64,000 bases of DNA from a virus (IMGVR_UViG_3300031555_003626:169330-233329), one strand, 5' to 3'. Counted from the stretch's first letter, positions 24,441 through 34,796 are shown. Translations and numbers: made by a program. The notes: a model not told the origin generated them from the letters alone.

Positions 24441-24630
24441 TGCTAAGAAGGGCAAAGAATCGAGCTCGGCAGGCATCATACCCTGTGACAACGTTGTAGA
24501 TAAGTTCGAAGGTATCTCGAGCAGAATAGAAAACTGTCTACTGAAATCAAAATAAGAACTAGATGAAAAACTCTACGGAACTATTCAATGATGAGTTTAA
24601 AAGAAGGTGTGAGTCCTTCCTTAGCGACCA
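24441..24630 (+). ncRNA. tRNA-like RNA with ~115-nt variable-region insertion
   Basis: TGCTAAG/CTTAGCG-A-CCA, D stem GGGC/GCTC, arm GCAGG-CATCATAC-CCTGT, T-like arm GAAGG-TGTGAGT-CCTTC. Confidence 0.5.
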
Positions 24631-24741
24631 ATTTAATATGTATTTAAGGCATTAAAACCGGTAAACACGCAGTTCAAATTTTTTGAAAGTTCTCCAAAAA
24701 TATTTGCTAAATTTAATGATGCAAATAAAGGAGATATTTAA

Positions 24742-25218
24742 ATGCGTACTGATTTAATTAATAAAAAAGAATTAATTTTAGAATGGATTGCCGAGGAACT
24801 TCCTAAAAGTGAGATGGCAAAACGTCTGGGTTGTAAACAAGAGACTCTTAATGCTTATTTAGTTAAAATGGGTATTACATATGTGGGTCAGCAGGCTAAA
24901 AAAGGTCAACAAAAGGGGCCTAATAAGTATAAAGATTCTTCTTACTATACTAAAATTGGCGGCCCAAGGATTCACTCTACTGTTCTTAGACTAAAGTTAA
25001 TTCGTGATGGTATTAAGGAAGATAGATGTGAACGTTGTGGTAATTCTCATTGGTTAGGCATTAAGCTTCCTTTAGAATTACATCATAAAGACGGTAACCA
25101 TTATAATAATGAATTAACAAATTTAGAAATTCTTTGTCCAAATTGCCATGCTGTTTCTGGGGATAACGCTGGAGCAGCTGTTGGAAACTATATAACATAT
25201 GCGGAAGTGACGGAATAG
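24742..25218 (+). CDS. HNH homing endonuclease
   Basis: 'CERCG...LELHHKDGNHYNN..NLEILCPNCHA'; N-terminal HTH-like segment. Confidence 0.85.
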   Translation: MRTDLINKKELILEWIAEELPKSEMAKRLGCKQETLNAYLVKMGITYVGQQAKKGQQKGPNKYKDSSYYTKIGGPRIHSTVLRLKLIRDGIKEDRCERCGNSHWLGIKLPLELHHKDGNHYNNELTNLEILCPNCHAVSGDNAGAAVGNYITYAEVTE

Positions 25219-25284
25219 GCAGACGTCCCAGACTTAGAATCTGGTGCCTTTGGCGTATGGGTTCAAGTCCCTTCTTCCGCACCA
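25201..25284 (+). tRNA. tRNA-Leu(UAG)
   Basis: Loop CTTAGAA; overlaps last codons of HNH ORF. Confidence 0.88.
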
Positions 25285-25289
25285 AATAT

Positions 25290-25364
25290 GGCGCTATAGT
25301 ATAGAGGTCATTACGCCGGACTGTCACTTCGGTAACCCGAGTTCGAATCTCGGTAGCGTCGCCA
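25290..25364 (+). tRNA. tRNA-Asp(GUC)
   Basis: Loop CTGTCAC; GCCA. Confidence 0.9.
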
Positions 25365-25486
25365 AGTTACTTACCGTTGCGTTATAAACGGTTGTATAGT
25401 TCTTGTTAAAGTTGCAGACTATACGGAAACAATAACAACCACCACCTGCTTGGTGTGACTCTTTATAGGGATGCAGAAGCTTATAT

Positions 25487-25562
<76 letters not shown>

Positions 25563-25670
25563 CGTTGCCGTTCGTAGCAAATATGTCGTTGGGTCAGAGA
25601 TAGTATCGGCTAGCTTTAGATATTATCGTAACGAGATGTGCAGTTCGGGGGACTTTAACCTCGCCATTAT

Positions 25671-25746
25671 GGCTCCGTAGTCAAGTTGGTCAAGACACGG
25701 CCCTTTCAAGGCTGAGGCGGGAGTTCGAACCTCCCCGGAGTCACCA
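25671..25746 (+). tRNA. tRNA-Glu(UUC)
   Basis: Loop CTTTCAA; ACCA. Confidence 0.9.
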
Positions 25747-25803
25747 TAAAAAATTATAAAATTTAAATTAAAATTTTAAAAAATATATTGTATAATATAT
25801 TAT

Positions 25804-26678
25804 ACGGGCCTGACCGATAACTTCCCGTAAGGGAATGAAAGAGGTAGACTGACAAGACCTCGCTGTGATGAGCAGTACCTCAGGCAATGTGTGACGGGAC
25901 CTGTAAGAATTGAAAAGATTCTTACGAATATGCTAACCCCATGTTCTAACTTATCAATGATGAAATGAAAAGAGTTTAGTTGAGGGTCAACTGACTGAGC
26001 TATTCTCGCTCTCGCAAGGAGCTGGTTTCAACGCAAAAGGATTTGATGAGGTAAGGTAAGCTACAGGAAGTAAAATAGTTCGAGATTTAGCAGTCAAGGG
26101 CGACTTCCATTTATATCTGCTATGGTGGATATAAGAAATGTAAGTACAATGCGACGGAAAGCATTGAAGGCGGGTAGCATTCTTGCATTCAAAAGGTGTG
26201 AGAACTACAACAATAGTCTGTCTTCTGTCAAACTCAACTTAGCGTGGGTTGGAATCCCACCCGGTGTGCCAATTTATCTTTTAGAGATAGTTCGCACCTA
26301 TCTCATTATATACACCGGTAGCTCAGTGCTAGAGCGGCTGTGATAGGAAAACAGTGTCATGAGTAAAAACCTATTGTTGGAAACAAAGAAAAGTGTCTTA
26401 AGCCCACAGTGGTAAGCAATGTGGGATACATGGTGTCACAAGCATTATGTATTTGATTGAAACGAATCTATAGAGGCGTAGCAACTTCGAACAGCCCGCA
26501 AGGTTGATAGTGGAGTGATAATCGAGTAATTGTTTCCGTAAAGGCGAACGCAAGCCTGGAGCCCTTGTGCTGGGGTGACGAATTGCAGGCATGAGCGGTA
26601 CTTCCCAAAAGGAAGTGGAAATGTGACTAAAAAATAAGGTCATTAAGCCGTAGCAACTGTAAGGTGTATTCTCAGCCT
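25804..26678 (+). ncRNA. Giant structured ncRNA (~875 nt, GOLLD-like) with permuted tRNA-like linker
   Basis: Starts after TGTATAATAT promoter; many GNRA-capped hairpins; GAGGTA/TACCTC and GGCTG/CAGCC pairings; no credible ORF; in phage tRNA cluster. GOLLD identity is from recollection, not from a search. Confidence 0.55.
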
Positions 26679-26764
26679 TTTATTTATCTTACTATTTAAT
26701 ACTAATTGTTCCGAAAGGCGCTCTAAGGCAGGGATGAAATGCCCCTGTCAATTAGTATTTTTAT

Positions 26765-26840
26765 GCTTCCTTCCTCTAGCGGTCAAGGAGTTCCGGTTCT
26801 CAGCCGGGCAACAAGAGTTCGAATCTCTTAGGAAGTACCA
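26765..26840 (+). tRNA. tRNA-Glu(CUC)
   Basis: CCGG-TTCTCAG-CCGG; GCTTCCT/AGGAAGT-A-CCA. Confidence 0.8.
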
Positions 26841-26905
26841 ATAATTTAAATTTCAAAATAAATATCGTATAATATAATATATAAATTTATTAGGAGATAC
26901 TTAGG

Positions 26906-27097
26906 ATGACACAGTTTCAGTTTGATTTGATTTGTAAGGTTATTGAGGGTGGCGCACCTGCTCTTGCGAATGAGCTTTGCGGTGCTTTAGATAGTCTTGT
27001 TCAGTCTTATAATGAAATCGTAAAAGAAAATGCTGATCTCAAAATTCAGCTTGAGGCTATAAACGCTTCTTCTGAAGCAGCAGAAGCTACCGACTAA
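26906..27097 (+). CDS. Small coiled-coil hypothetical protein
   Basis: Promoter CGTATAATATAAT and AGGAG RBS. Confidence 0.55.
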   Translation: MTQFQFDLICKVIEGGAPALANELCGALDSLVQSYNEIVKENADLKIQLEAINASSEAAEATD

Positions 27098-27115
27098 ATT
27101 ACAGTAAATAATTTT

Positions 27116-27172
27116 AGAGCTTGTACTTATTTCTTTGAAATATAATTGATATTTAATACAAACAGTCAAGCC
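27116..27172 (+). ncRNA. Y-RNA-like family member 5
   Basis: AGAGCTTG-T-ACTTATTTCT...AGTCAAGC (compensatory changes relative to other copies). Confidence 0.65.
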
Positions 27173-27195
27173 AAGTTATTTGCTAAATTTAATAT

Positions 27196-27298
27196 AGAGC
27201 TCGCGCTTATTTCTACTAACAAAAAGACTTCGGCCGGGTATGTGGACTTCCGTCCTGGAAGTTTGCAGGTAACCTGGCATACATATTATAGTCGAGCC
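27196..27298 (+). ncRNA. Y-RNA-like family member 6 with three-way-junction cargo
   Basis: AGAGCTCG-C-GCTTATTTCT...AGTCGAGC; inner GTATGT/GCATAC stem with two hairpins; TGCTAAATT motif at 27181. Confidence 0.65.
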
Positions 27299-27309
27299 AA
27301 TTTTTAATG

Positions 27310-27368
27310 AGAGCCTATGCTTATTTCTCACATTATTTAGGATAATAGAAAGTATGGATAGCTAGGCC
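27310..27368 (+). ncRNA. Y-RNA-like family member 7
   Basis: AGAGCCTA-T-GCTTATTTCT...AGCTAGGC. Confidence 0.65.
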
Positions 27369-27375
27369 TTTATAT

Positions 27376-27449
27376 TGCGGGTGGGCCGGTGCCCAGGCGA
27401 GTCTCATAAACTTGCTTTGACGGTCGTTCGACTCCCGTACCCGCGTCCA
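27376..27449 (+). tRNA. Atypical tRNA with CAU anticodon (Met/Ile2-like)
   Basis: CGAGT-CTCATAA-ACTTG; very short D arm, enlarged T loop; TCCA end. Confidence 0.55.
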
Positions 27450-27458
27450 ATTTAATGT

Positions 27459-27534
27459 GCTGGCGTGGCGCAACTGGCAGCGCAACTGACTTGTAATCAG
27501 TAGGTTGCAGGTTCGATTCCTGTCGCCAGCTCCA
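27459..27534 (+). tRNA. tRNA-Thr(UGU)
   Basis: Loop CTTGTAA; TCCA. Confidence 0.9.
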
Positions 27535-27638
27535 TGATCATACTCGGGATACCTAAGGGTACTCGAGTTTTATTTATAGCTAAATTATATGTATATAGTA
27601 TTAAATCTAATCCAAAAATTAAAAAGAGGTATTATTCA

Positions 27639-27950
27639 ATGAGAATAAATAAACTTACTGAATCCGAATTAGCTCCAGGAAAAGTTCTTTCAGAAAAGAA
27701 TGCGGCTTTTGCAGATATGCTTAGCTTATTAATTATAGATGAGTGGGAAGCAATTAATGGTTATCAAGGCGTTATTCAAAGTATGAAAAAGATGAAGATG
27801 CCTCAGAAGGCCATTGATATTCTTCAATCTATTATGGCTGAAGAGCATGCACACGTAGGCGAGCTTCACAAAGTACTTGCTTTAGTTAATCCTGATTCGG
27901 AAGCTCAGATTGAGCACGGTAAAGAAGAAGTAGAAGAGGTAGCTAAATAA
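27639..27950 (+). CDS. Ferritin-like (rubrerythrin-type half) protein
   Basis: Start at ATG 27639 after GAGG; 'DEWEAINGY...I.AEEHAHVGEL' ExxH motif. Confidence 0.6.
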   Translation: MRINKLTESELAPGKVLSEKNAAFADMLSLLIIDEWEAINGYQGVIQSMKKMKMPQKAIDILQSIMAEEHAHVGELHKVLALVNPDSEAQIEHGKEEVEEVAK

Positions 27951-27956
27951 ATTATT

Positions 27957-27987
27957 AAAAAGAACCTATTTAGTAGGTTCTTTTTTA
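27957..27987 (+). terminator. Rho-independent terminator
   Basis: AAAAAGAACCTA-loop-TAGGTTCTTTTTT. Confidence 0.7.
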
Positions 27988-28083
27988 TTAAAGTTTTATA
28001 AACAAAGGCTGTATAATATATATATATTTAATAAATCTATTTGCTAAATTATACTGTAGATAACTTTTGAAAGGAGCATTTTT

Positions 28084-28866
28084 GTGTTAACTAAAGCAAT
28101 AATTCAAAGTATTGATTATACAAAAAATATGTGTAGAGTACGTATACCATTATTTGAGAATGCTTCAAGGAATGTAAATATTATCGAAGCAGATGCTCAA
28201 ATTAATATTGTACCGGGAATATATAATAGTTACAAAACCGGAGATATAGTATTCATTGGCTTTGAAGAAAATAAGATGGAATTACCTGTTGTTCTAGGAA
28301 AGCTTTTTGTTTCAGCCGCAACTGAAGCTAGCTCTTACCGTGGTAATGTTAGCGGAAATTCCTTAGCTATTACCGATACAGCACAATTGCCTTATTCCAC
28401 AGTTTTTAATTATGATAAAATAGCACAAAATGATACTATTTATAAAGATTTAAATACTCCGAAGAAGCTGGCTGACGGTATTATAAATTTGCAACGATCA
28501 CAGATTCAAAAGTATCAAACAGTTATAAAAGTTTTAGCTACCAAAGTTAATAAACAAGACCCACAAGATAGTAAAAGTGCTTATTCTTTATATTTGAAAA
28601 CTACTAATGACTTTACATATTCACCAGATAAATCAGATGAGCCTTTATATAGGCTATGCACGGCGTTAAAAAATAGTCAAACTGATAGTGTGTTTATTCC
28701 TTTAGATCTGGCTGTAGCAGAGGATGATTCAATTTCTCATGCTTTATTACAAGTACTGGAGATAGGCCCATCTAGTCTTAAGCTTAAAGTGCTTATTGAC
28801 GGTGAATTTTATACTGTTGACAAGGCAGATGTTGTAAGTATTCAGAGCTTTGCGATTTATTATTAA
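28084..28866 (+). CDS. Putative baseplate spike/hub (gp5/gpV-like N-terminal OB fold)
   Basis: 'CRVRIP...GDIVFIGFE...PVVLGKL'. Confidence 0.55.
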   Translation: MLTKAIIQSIDYTKNMCRVRIPLFENASRNVNIIEADAQINIVPGIYNSYKTGDIVFIGFEENKMELPVVLGKLFVSAATEASSYRGNVSGNSLAITDTAQLPYSTVFNYDKIAQNDTIYKDLNTPKKLADGIINLQRSQIQKYQTVIKVLATKVNKQDPQDSKSAYSLYLKTTNDFTYSPDKSDEPLYRLCTALKNSQTDSVFIPLDLAVAEDDSISHALLQVLEIGPSSLKLKVLIDGEFYTVDKADVVSIQSFAIYY

Positions 28867-28919
28867 TATATTTAATAAATCTATTTACTATCTGCTAAAT
28901 TATTAAGAGGTGAGATTAA

Positions 28920-29306
28920 ATGCGTTCATTAAAATTTCCAAATATGTTTAGGTCCAACAGTACCGAGGTATGGAAGTCCTCGGAATATCTTAATGCCACA
29001 AAGCAAAATACATTTCTTATCTTGCAAACTGAAAGAGGCGAGCTCGAGTGTGACCCGTACTTCGGTTTAATGCTAAAACATTACTTATTTAGCCAAAATA
29101 ACTATATATTAAAAGATATGCTTATTGATACTATTTATACCCAGCTCGCGTTGTTCTTACCACAGTTAAAAATACAACGTAATTCTATTGAAATAATTCA
29201 AGACAAAGAGCGTGGAAAAGCTTATTGCAGGTTTTCGGGTATTAATCAAATTGATTACACTCATAATACATTCAATCTTCTCTTATTTGAAGATTCTGAC
29301 TTTTAA
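28920..29306 (+). CDS. Baseplate wedge protein gp25/GPW-like
   Basis: 'L.TERGEL..DPYFG..L...LF' motif. Confidence 0.75.
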   Translation: MRSLKFPNMFRSNSTEVWKSSEYLNATKQNTFLILQTERGELECDPYFGLMLKHYLFSQNNYILKDMLIDTIYTQLALFLPQLKIQRNSIEIIQDKERGKAYCRFSGINQIDYTHNTFNLLLFEDSDF

Positions 29307-29319
29307 AAGGAGATACTAA

Positions 29320-32300
29320 ATGATTACAAAGAATGAAATATCTTCATTAAATTTATCACCTACTAAAAAGGACTTCGTTCAGATTTGGAATGAACTTATC
29401 GAAGTTGCATCAAAAATAACTGAGCGTTGGGATCCTACCAGTACGAACGAGAGCGACCCTGGTATTGTTTTACTTAAAGTACTTGCTGGTATCGCAGATA
29501 AACTAAACTATAATATAGATAAAAATATTCTTGAAGCTTTCATGCCCACCGCTGCTCAAATGGAATCCATGAGAAAGCTTTGCGAGCTTGTTGGTTATGA
29601 TATTAAATACTATCAGTCTGCTGAAACACGAGTAAGAATTAGTTACACTGGAAGCACTACAGATGAAGAAGAAAAACTTCCTGAACCTGGAGGCCTAGCT
29701 TTACCGAAGTTTACTACTATTACAAATGCAGATAAGGATATAACTTTTGTAACTACTAACACAACACCTATATTTATTACAAATAGCACTCCTTGGGTAG
29801 AAGTTTCATGTATTGAGGGTCAAATAAGCCAGTGCGAAAGCATAAATGAAAATAATCTAATCACACTTACTCAGTTGGATGATGAATATAGATATTACCT
29901 GCCCGAGATTCAAATAGCCGAGAATGGTATTTTTGTATATAATGCAGCTATTTCTATTAATGGTACTTATGAAGATGGCCAGCCGTGGGAGCAAGTTTCA
30001 AACTTAAATACGAGATCTTCTGAAACACGTGTTTTCAAGTTCGGTTATGATTCTTTTGAAGGTCGCCCTTACCTAGCCTTTCCTGAAGACGTTGGTAGTC
30101 TAATTGGAGACGGCTTATTTATTTATTTCATTAGAACAAGTGGCCTTAGTGGAAATATTTCAGCACGAACTCTTGAGGTGTTGGAGGCTCCTACGGGCGG
30201 TGACTGGGATGATTACTCTGCAGAGCAGTTTGAAGTTGTGAATGATAATGCAGCCACAAATGGTACAAATATTGAAAGTATCTCTGCTGCTTATAATAAC
30301 TTTAAAAAGACTATTGGTACTTTTGATACGCTTGTAACCTGCAGAGACTATATGAATAAGATTTATTCATTAATGGATATGAATAATACTCCGTATGTTT
30401 CTAACATATTAGTTACTGACATTAGAAATGATATTAATAGCGCAATTACTCTCTGTAGCTGCAATGAATTTGGTATCCTGTATAAAGAGCTTCCTTTGAC
30501 TAGACCAGATGACGTCACAGTTAAGACTACCTCTTATAAAGTTGATGAAATTAATAATAATAGACTAACTATAAATACTAGTGCAGATACTAGTTATCAA
30601 ATTGAAGTTCCTTTAATTGACCATTTTGACTTAGTTCTTTATCCATTTAAAACTTTTACACAGGTATCTTTTGGTACTGACAAAGAAAAGCTAGCGGAGT
30701 ACTATAATAATTCATTTGTTTACTCTGAGCAGAAGAATGGCGAGATTGCAGCATCCCTGTCTGCTTTTAAAACTTGCGCACATAATTTTAAAGCACCTCG
30801 TGATGGCGATCTTGTAGCAATAAATAACTATCTAAGACTTAATGCGCTTATTGCAACTTCAAACAAAGTATCTGCAATCGAAGCAAACGATATTTTACAA
30901 AACGTCAAGGTCGCGCTTATTAATGAATTTAATATGAGAAACCTTGACTTTGGTGAAGAGATCCCTTTTGATAATATCCTATCTGTCATTGAAAATGCCG
31001 ATTCTAGAATTAAGGTTGTTTCTCTTCAGGAGCCAAAAGTGCTAACAACTTTCTCTGTTAAGGAGACTGAAAATGGAACAGCTACGTCTAAGGAATACGG
31101 AATTGTATCTTCTGCCTCTGACGTTAGGATTAGTGGAGTTAACTACGTGAATAAAGTGGTAAACAGTGAAACTGGTGAAGAAACCGAGGAAGAGATAACC
31201 AAGGCTAAAGATATTTATAATAAATTAGTGCTTAGAAATATTTTAGCAGGAAGAGCTTCTTTACTTGACTACGATGAGACTTTTATTCCCAATAACTCTG
31301 AAAAACCCTATACAATTACTGCAAATATTACTAGTATTTTAAACGATGGTGCTGATGAGCTTTATAATAAGGATGTGGCTGACTCTATTAATGAAGCAAT
31401 AGACGCAATAGACGCTGACTCGGACGAGAACTTAGGCGAGCATATCCTTTATGATAGCGATGGTCTTATTATAACTAACGGCTTTTATAGCAATGACAGC
31501 GTAATAACCCTTAAAGTATTCGATACAGTTAAAGAAGAAGAATATAGTACTAGCCAACTAGAGTCTATTCTTGACGATGAAGAAGCTATTACAGCCCAAA
31601 ACATTATGGATGAGATTAGTAATATCACTACGGCAGGTACACATGAATTAACTAATAGGGGCCTATATGGCGGAACTTTAGTACTTATTGTTTCTGACAG
31701 TAACGAAAAAAAAGTACTTGAGACTTATTCTATACGAGACTATGCAGTATACGAGACATACGAGCCTACTTTTGCTGTTAAGCAAGAATCAGCTGCTAAA
31801 ACTAGAGCTAGCTCAAGCAGCAGCGCTTCATCAGATTCAGCAGTTATTGATAAAATATCTCGGATTGCTGCGATTTGTGAGATTACTGGCGATGAGCAGG
31901 GACATTTTGAGGATATCACATTAGCTAAAAATGAAGTAATTAAATTTAGAGCCCCTAACTTAATTACTACTAAGACATTCCCTGCCTATGTTTATTACCG
32001 TTTTGAAAGAGCTTCTGGAGCTTCCGGAGCACAATCTGCTTCGGATGGACATTATGCCGCTGTGCAGTCCCTTAATTCATTTATTTCTGATGTTGGAGTT
32101 TCTGCTTTCTTTGGCGGTAAACTTAATACTGATAGTAACGGATGGAAATATGAGGGACTTTGGAGAAATGCTTTTAAAGCAAATCCAGACAACCTTAAAA
32201 CTAAAACAGCTACAATTAAACTTAAAAAACTTACTGACAACACCGTTGAAGCTACAACTGTAGTTGACGTTATTAACCAGGCGGACTTGCTACCTAATAT

Positions 32301-34782
32301 ATTTAATACTTCTGTTGCTTGTGGTATTATAGAGTATGTATATACTGATGGAACAATAACGGATATTTCAGTCAAGGATACGGATATTTTTACTGATAGG
32401 ACTCAACTAGAAAGGTACCTAGATGGCCAGAAAACTTCTTGGGGAAATACTGCAAAAGTAGGTGACACTGAGGAACTTAGGCTAGTAATTACTTATTTCC
32501 CCTTCAACGAGGCTAATATGCAAGTATGGGCAGATTATGTGCATACCTGTTATTCTATAAGTAAAGGTAAAGATCTACCTGAACATGAGACCACTACCTT
32601 TTGGAGGCTTTCTTCTACAAATGAGTTTCCAAAAGGGCGACTAGTCACTGAAACTCACCAGTGTCTTTATGCACAGAGTAATAAGTTCTTAAACAATGCT
32701 GTTGCCGGTGCTACCACTTATATCTGTACTGATCACGGTGAAAACCCTATTTATAATGTAATAGAGCCTGATAGCGATATTGAATTATTAACTGGTGATA
32801 AATTATACATTCATTACACTCCTTCCAGTACCAACGAAGATGGCGAAATTGTAAATGCAGAGCCAATTTCTGTTGTATATGAGGGTGGTAACGATAAGGA
32901 CGCAGTAATAATTAAACCTTCTGGGTTTACTTTAATGCCTTCTGAAAATGTTTACCAGCAAGGTACCTCTTGGAAGAAAACTGATGTAGAATTCCCCGGG
33001 TATGGCAAGAAAAACTTGCTAGCTTTAGCTCCTAATGAACAAATAGAAATGAGAAGCCTTTCAAAAGTTGTTATTGATAAACCCGCTAGATTCTATAAGA
33101 ACTTTGATAATGCCGTACTAGAGCAGGGCAATAAGTCGGATACTGTTAGCTATGAGCTTAAAGATGGTGAGTATATTTTCTATACTGACCAGAACAATCA
33201 AGGTGCAGCGTACTACGGAAGCGGCTCAGTTATTACACTGTCTCCTGGTGCGTATATTCCGAAAGCTTCTGAGGCTATAGAAGTTTCAGAAATTTTAAAA
33301 CAAGGTTTACATATTGTACCTTGGAGTAATATTGTATTATTAAATGCCGATAATGGTAGAACTGTTACGATAACTGAATATCAGTATGTTACACTAGTCG
33401 AAGGCGATACTCTAAATACCTTAACGCTTCAAGACGCAGATACTATAAATAGCACATGGAAAAAATGTGCTGAGCTAAGTGATATTTTTTATACTACTTC
33501 TGGTGCAGAAACATCTACCGAGCTTCCAAAGATACGACTAAAGTCTGGAACTTGGGAAGTTTGCAGTCTGCTTGAGCTTTCTACTTCACCTGGTTATGCA
33601 CAGCAGTTACGCGCTACAGATAAGCTTAAAAATAAGATTAATGTTTACACAAAGTCTGGCACAGGTGAGACATTAGCCTATGAAATTGAGCCTAAAGAAT
33701 CCGATTTTACTAATGATTATGAGAAAGTTTCTGTTAAACTAAGTACTATTGCCAAAACGGCCTCAGGTAATTTAGAAATTAAGTCAGAATCTGATAACCC
33801 AAGCGTACAGATGAAAGTGTTTAAAGAGGAGGCGCCAGCTAAGGTAGAACTCTTAGAGCACGACGATAACATAACACCAATATCAGTCAAATACTCCGTA
33901 CCTGCAGATGCAAGCTCTGATAATATAAATAATTATTTAACTAAGATTGACGTAGGTGAACTCTGGCGTTCTGTTACAGAAACCACTACGACGGAAACAG
34001 AAGAAGGAAATCTCGTAACAACTACACAGCAAGTTAAGAAGCCAAACGCACTTAAGCTAAACCTTATGATTCCAAAAAACTCAGACGTATTTGGTATATT
34101 TAGTATTTATTTAGAAATACCGGTAGATAGGCTAACTTCTGGAAGCGGCCAAATTATCCCCGATAAGGATTCTCGAATATTTATTGATATACCAAAAGAG
34201 TTTGGTAACTGTACAGAGTGTATTTCAATTTATAACAATGGAAATAGATCTCCAGAGTCAGACAATTATGAGGATAGCTGGTGGGAGTCTAATAGTACGC
34301 GGCATCCTGAGGAAACTAAGGATTCGGCAAAAAATAGACTATATCTTCGAGCAGGTTTAAATTGCATAAAGATTATGAAATCTTGTAGCATATACATAAA
34401 GGCAGAAGAAAATGCTACTGGTAGCATTCTTTATGATAGTATGCGTCTAGTTAAAGGTAGGGAGACTAACGGTATAAATCTTAAATTACTTGACCCAGAT
34501 ACGACCTTCAATACGGAGGCAACGCAAGCTGAGACGTCTAAGAAGCAATATGCCGATAAAATTCTAAAGGGTATTGCAAGCTTAGATAAAAACCATGACT
34601 TTTATTACAACGTACCGGTTGAGAATAGCCTTGCTATAGAATTTGATGATAATATTAACTCATTTTCTAATCCGTATACTCTTTATGATATAAATAATAT
34701 AAATAATAGCTTTGTAGTGTCTAAGTTAGATGCTGCTTATCTAGACACTGGCTTAAGCATTGCTAAGTCTTCTAAATATTAA
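29320..34782 (+). CDS. Large baseplate wedge protein (gp6/J-like N-terminus)
   Basis: 'KDF..IW.EL...W...ESDPGIVLL..LA...D.LNYNID', 'LVT.RDY'; follows gp25-like gene. Confidence 0.7.
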   Translation: MITKNEISSLNLSPTKKDFVQIWNELIEVASKITERWDPTSTNESDPGIVLLKVLAGIADKLNYNIDKNILEAFMPTAAQMESMRKLCELVGYDIKYYQSAETRVRISYTGSTTDEEEKLPEPGGLALPKFTTITNADKDITFVTTNTTPIFITNSTPWVEVSCIEGQISQCESINENNLITLTQLDDEYRYYLPEIQIAENGIFVYNAAISINGTYEDGQPWEQVSNLNTRSSETRVFKFGYDSFEGRPYLAFPEDVGSLIGDGLFIYFIRTSGLSGNISARTLEVLEAPTGGDWDDYSAEQFEVVNDNAATNGTNIESISAAYNNFKKTIGTFDTLVTCRDYMNKIYSLMDMNNTPYVSNILVTDIRNDINSAITLCSCNEFGILYKELPLTRPDDVTVKTTSYKVDEINNNRLTINTSADTSYQIEVPLIDHFDLVLYPFKTFTQVSFGTDKEKLAEYYNNSFVYSEQKNGEIAASLSAFKTCAHNFKAPRDGDLVAINNYLRLNALIATSNKVSAIEANDILQNVKVALINEFNMRNLDFGEEIPFDNILSVIENADSRIKVVSLQEPKVLTTFSVKETENGTATSKEYGIVSSASDVRISGVNYVNKVVNSETGEETEEEITKAKDIYNKLVLRNILAGRASLLDYDETFIPNNSEKPYTITANITSILNDGADELYNKDVADSINEAIDAIDADSDENLGEHILYDSDGLIITNGFYSNDSVITLKVFDTVKEEEYSTSQLESILDDEEAITAQNIMDEISNITTAGTHELTNRGLYGGTLVLIVSDSNEKKVLETYSIRDYAVYETYEPTFAVKQESAAKTRASSSSSASSDSAVIDKISRIAAICEITGDEQGHFEDITLAKNEVIKFRAPNLITTKTFPAYVYYRFERASGASGAQSASDGHYAAVQSLNSFISDVGVSAFFGGKLNTDSNGWKYEGLWRNAFKANPDNLKTKTATIKLKKLTDNTVEATTVVDVINQADLLPNIFNTSVACGIIEYVYTDGTITDISVKDTDIFTDRTQLERYLDGQKTSWGNTAKVGDTEELRLVITYFPFNEANMQVWADYVHTCYSISKGKDLPEHETTTFWRLSSTNEFPKGRLVTETHQCLYAQSNKFLNNAVAGATTYICTDHGENPIYNVIEPDSDIELLTGDKLYIHYTPSSTNEDGEIVNAEPISVVYEGGNDKDAVIIKPSGFTLMPSENVYQQGTSWKKTDVEFPGYGKKNLLALAPNEQIEMRSLSKVVIDKPARFYKNFDNAVLEQGNKSDTVSYELKDGEYIFYTDQNNQGAAYYGSGSVITLSPGAYIPKASEAIEVSEILKQGLHIVPWSNIVLLNADNGRTVTITEYQYVTLVEGDTLNTLTLQDADTINSTWKKCAELSDIFYTTSGAETSTELPKIRLKSGTWEVCSLLELSTSPGYAQQLRATDKLKNKINVYTKSGTGETLAYEIEPKESDFTNDYEKVSVKLSTIAKTASGNLEIKSESDNPSVQMKVFKEEAPAKVELLEHDDNITPISVKYSVPADASSDNINNYLTKIDVGELWRSVTETTTTETEEGNLVTTTQQVKKPNALKLNLMIPKNSDVFGIFSIYLEIPVDRLTSGSGQIIPDKDSRIFIDIPKEFGNCTECISIYNNGNRSPESDNYEDSWWESNSTRHPEETKDSAKNRLYLRAGLNCIKIMKSCSIYIKAEENATGSILYDSMRLVKGRETNGINLKLLDPDTTFNTEATQAETSKKQYADKILKGIASLDKNHDFYYNVPVENSLAIEFDDNINSFSNPYTLYDINNINNSFVVSKLDAAYLDTGLSIAKSSKY

Positions 34783-34796
34783 GGAGTTGATAATTT

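Noticed and set aside
26244-26340. Permuted (two-piece) tmRNA
   Set aside because: The acceptor lacks G3:U70 Ala identity, a D stem is present, and no tag reading frame was recognised.
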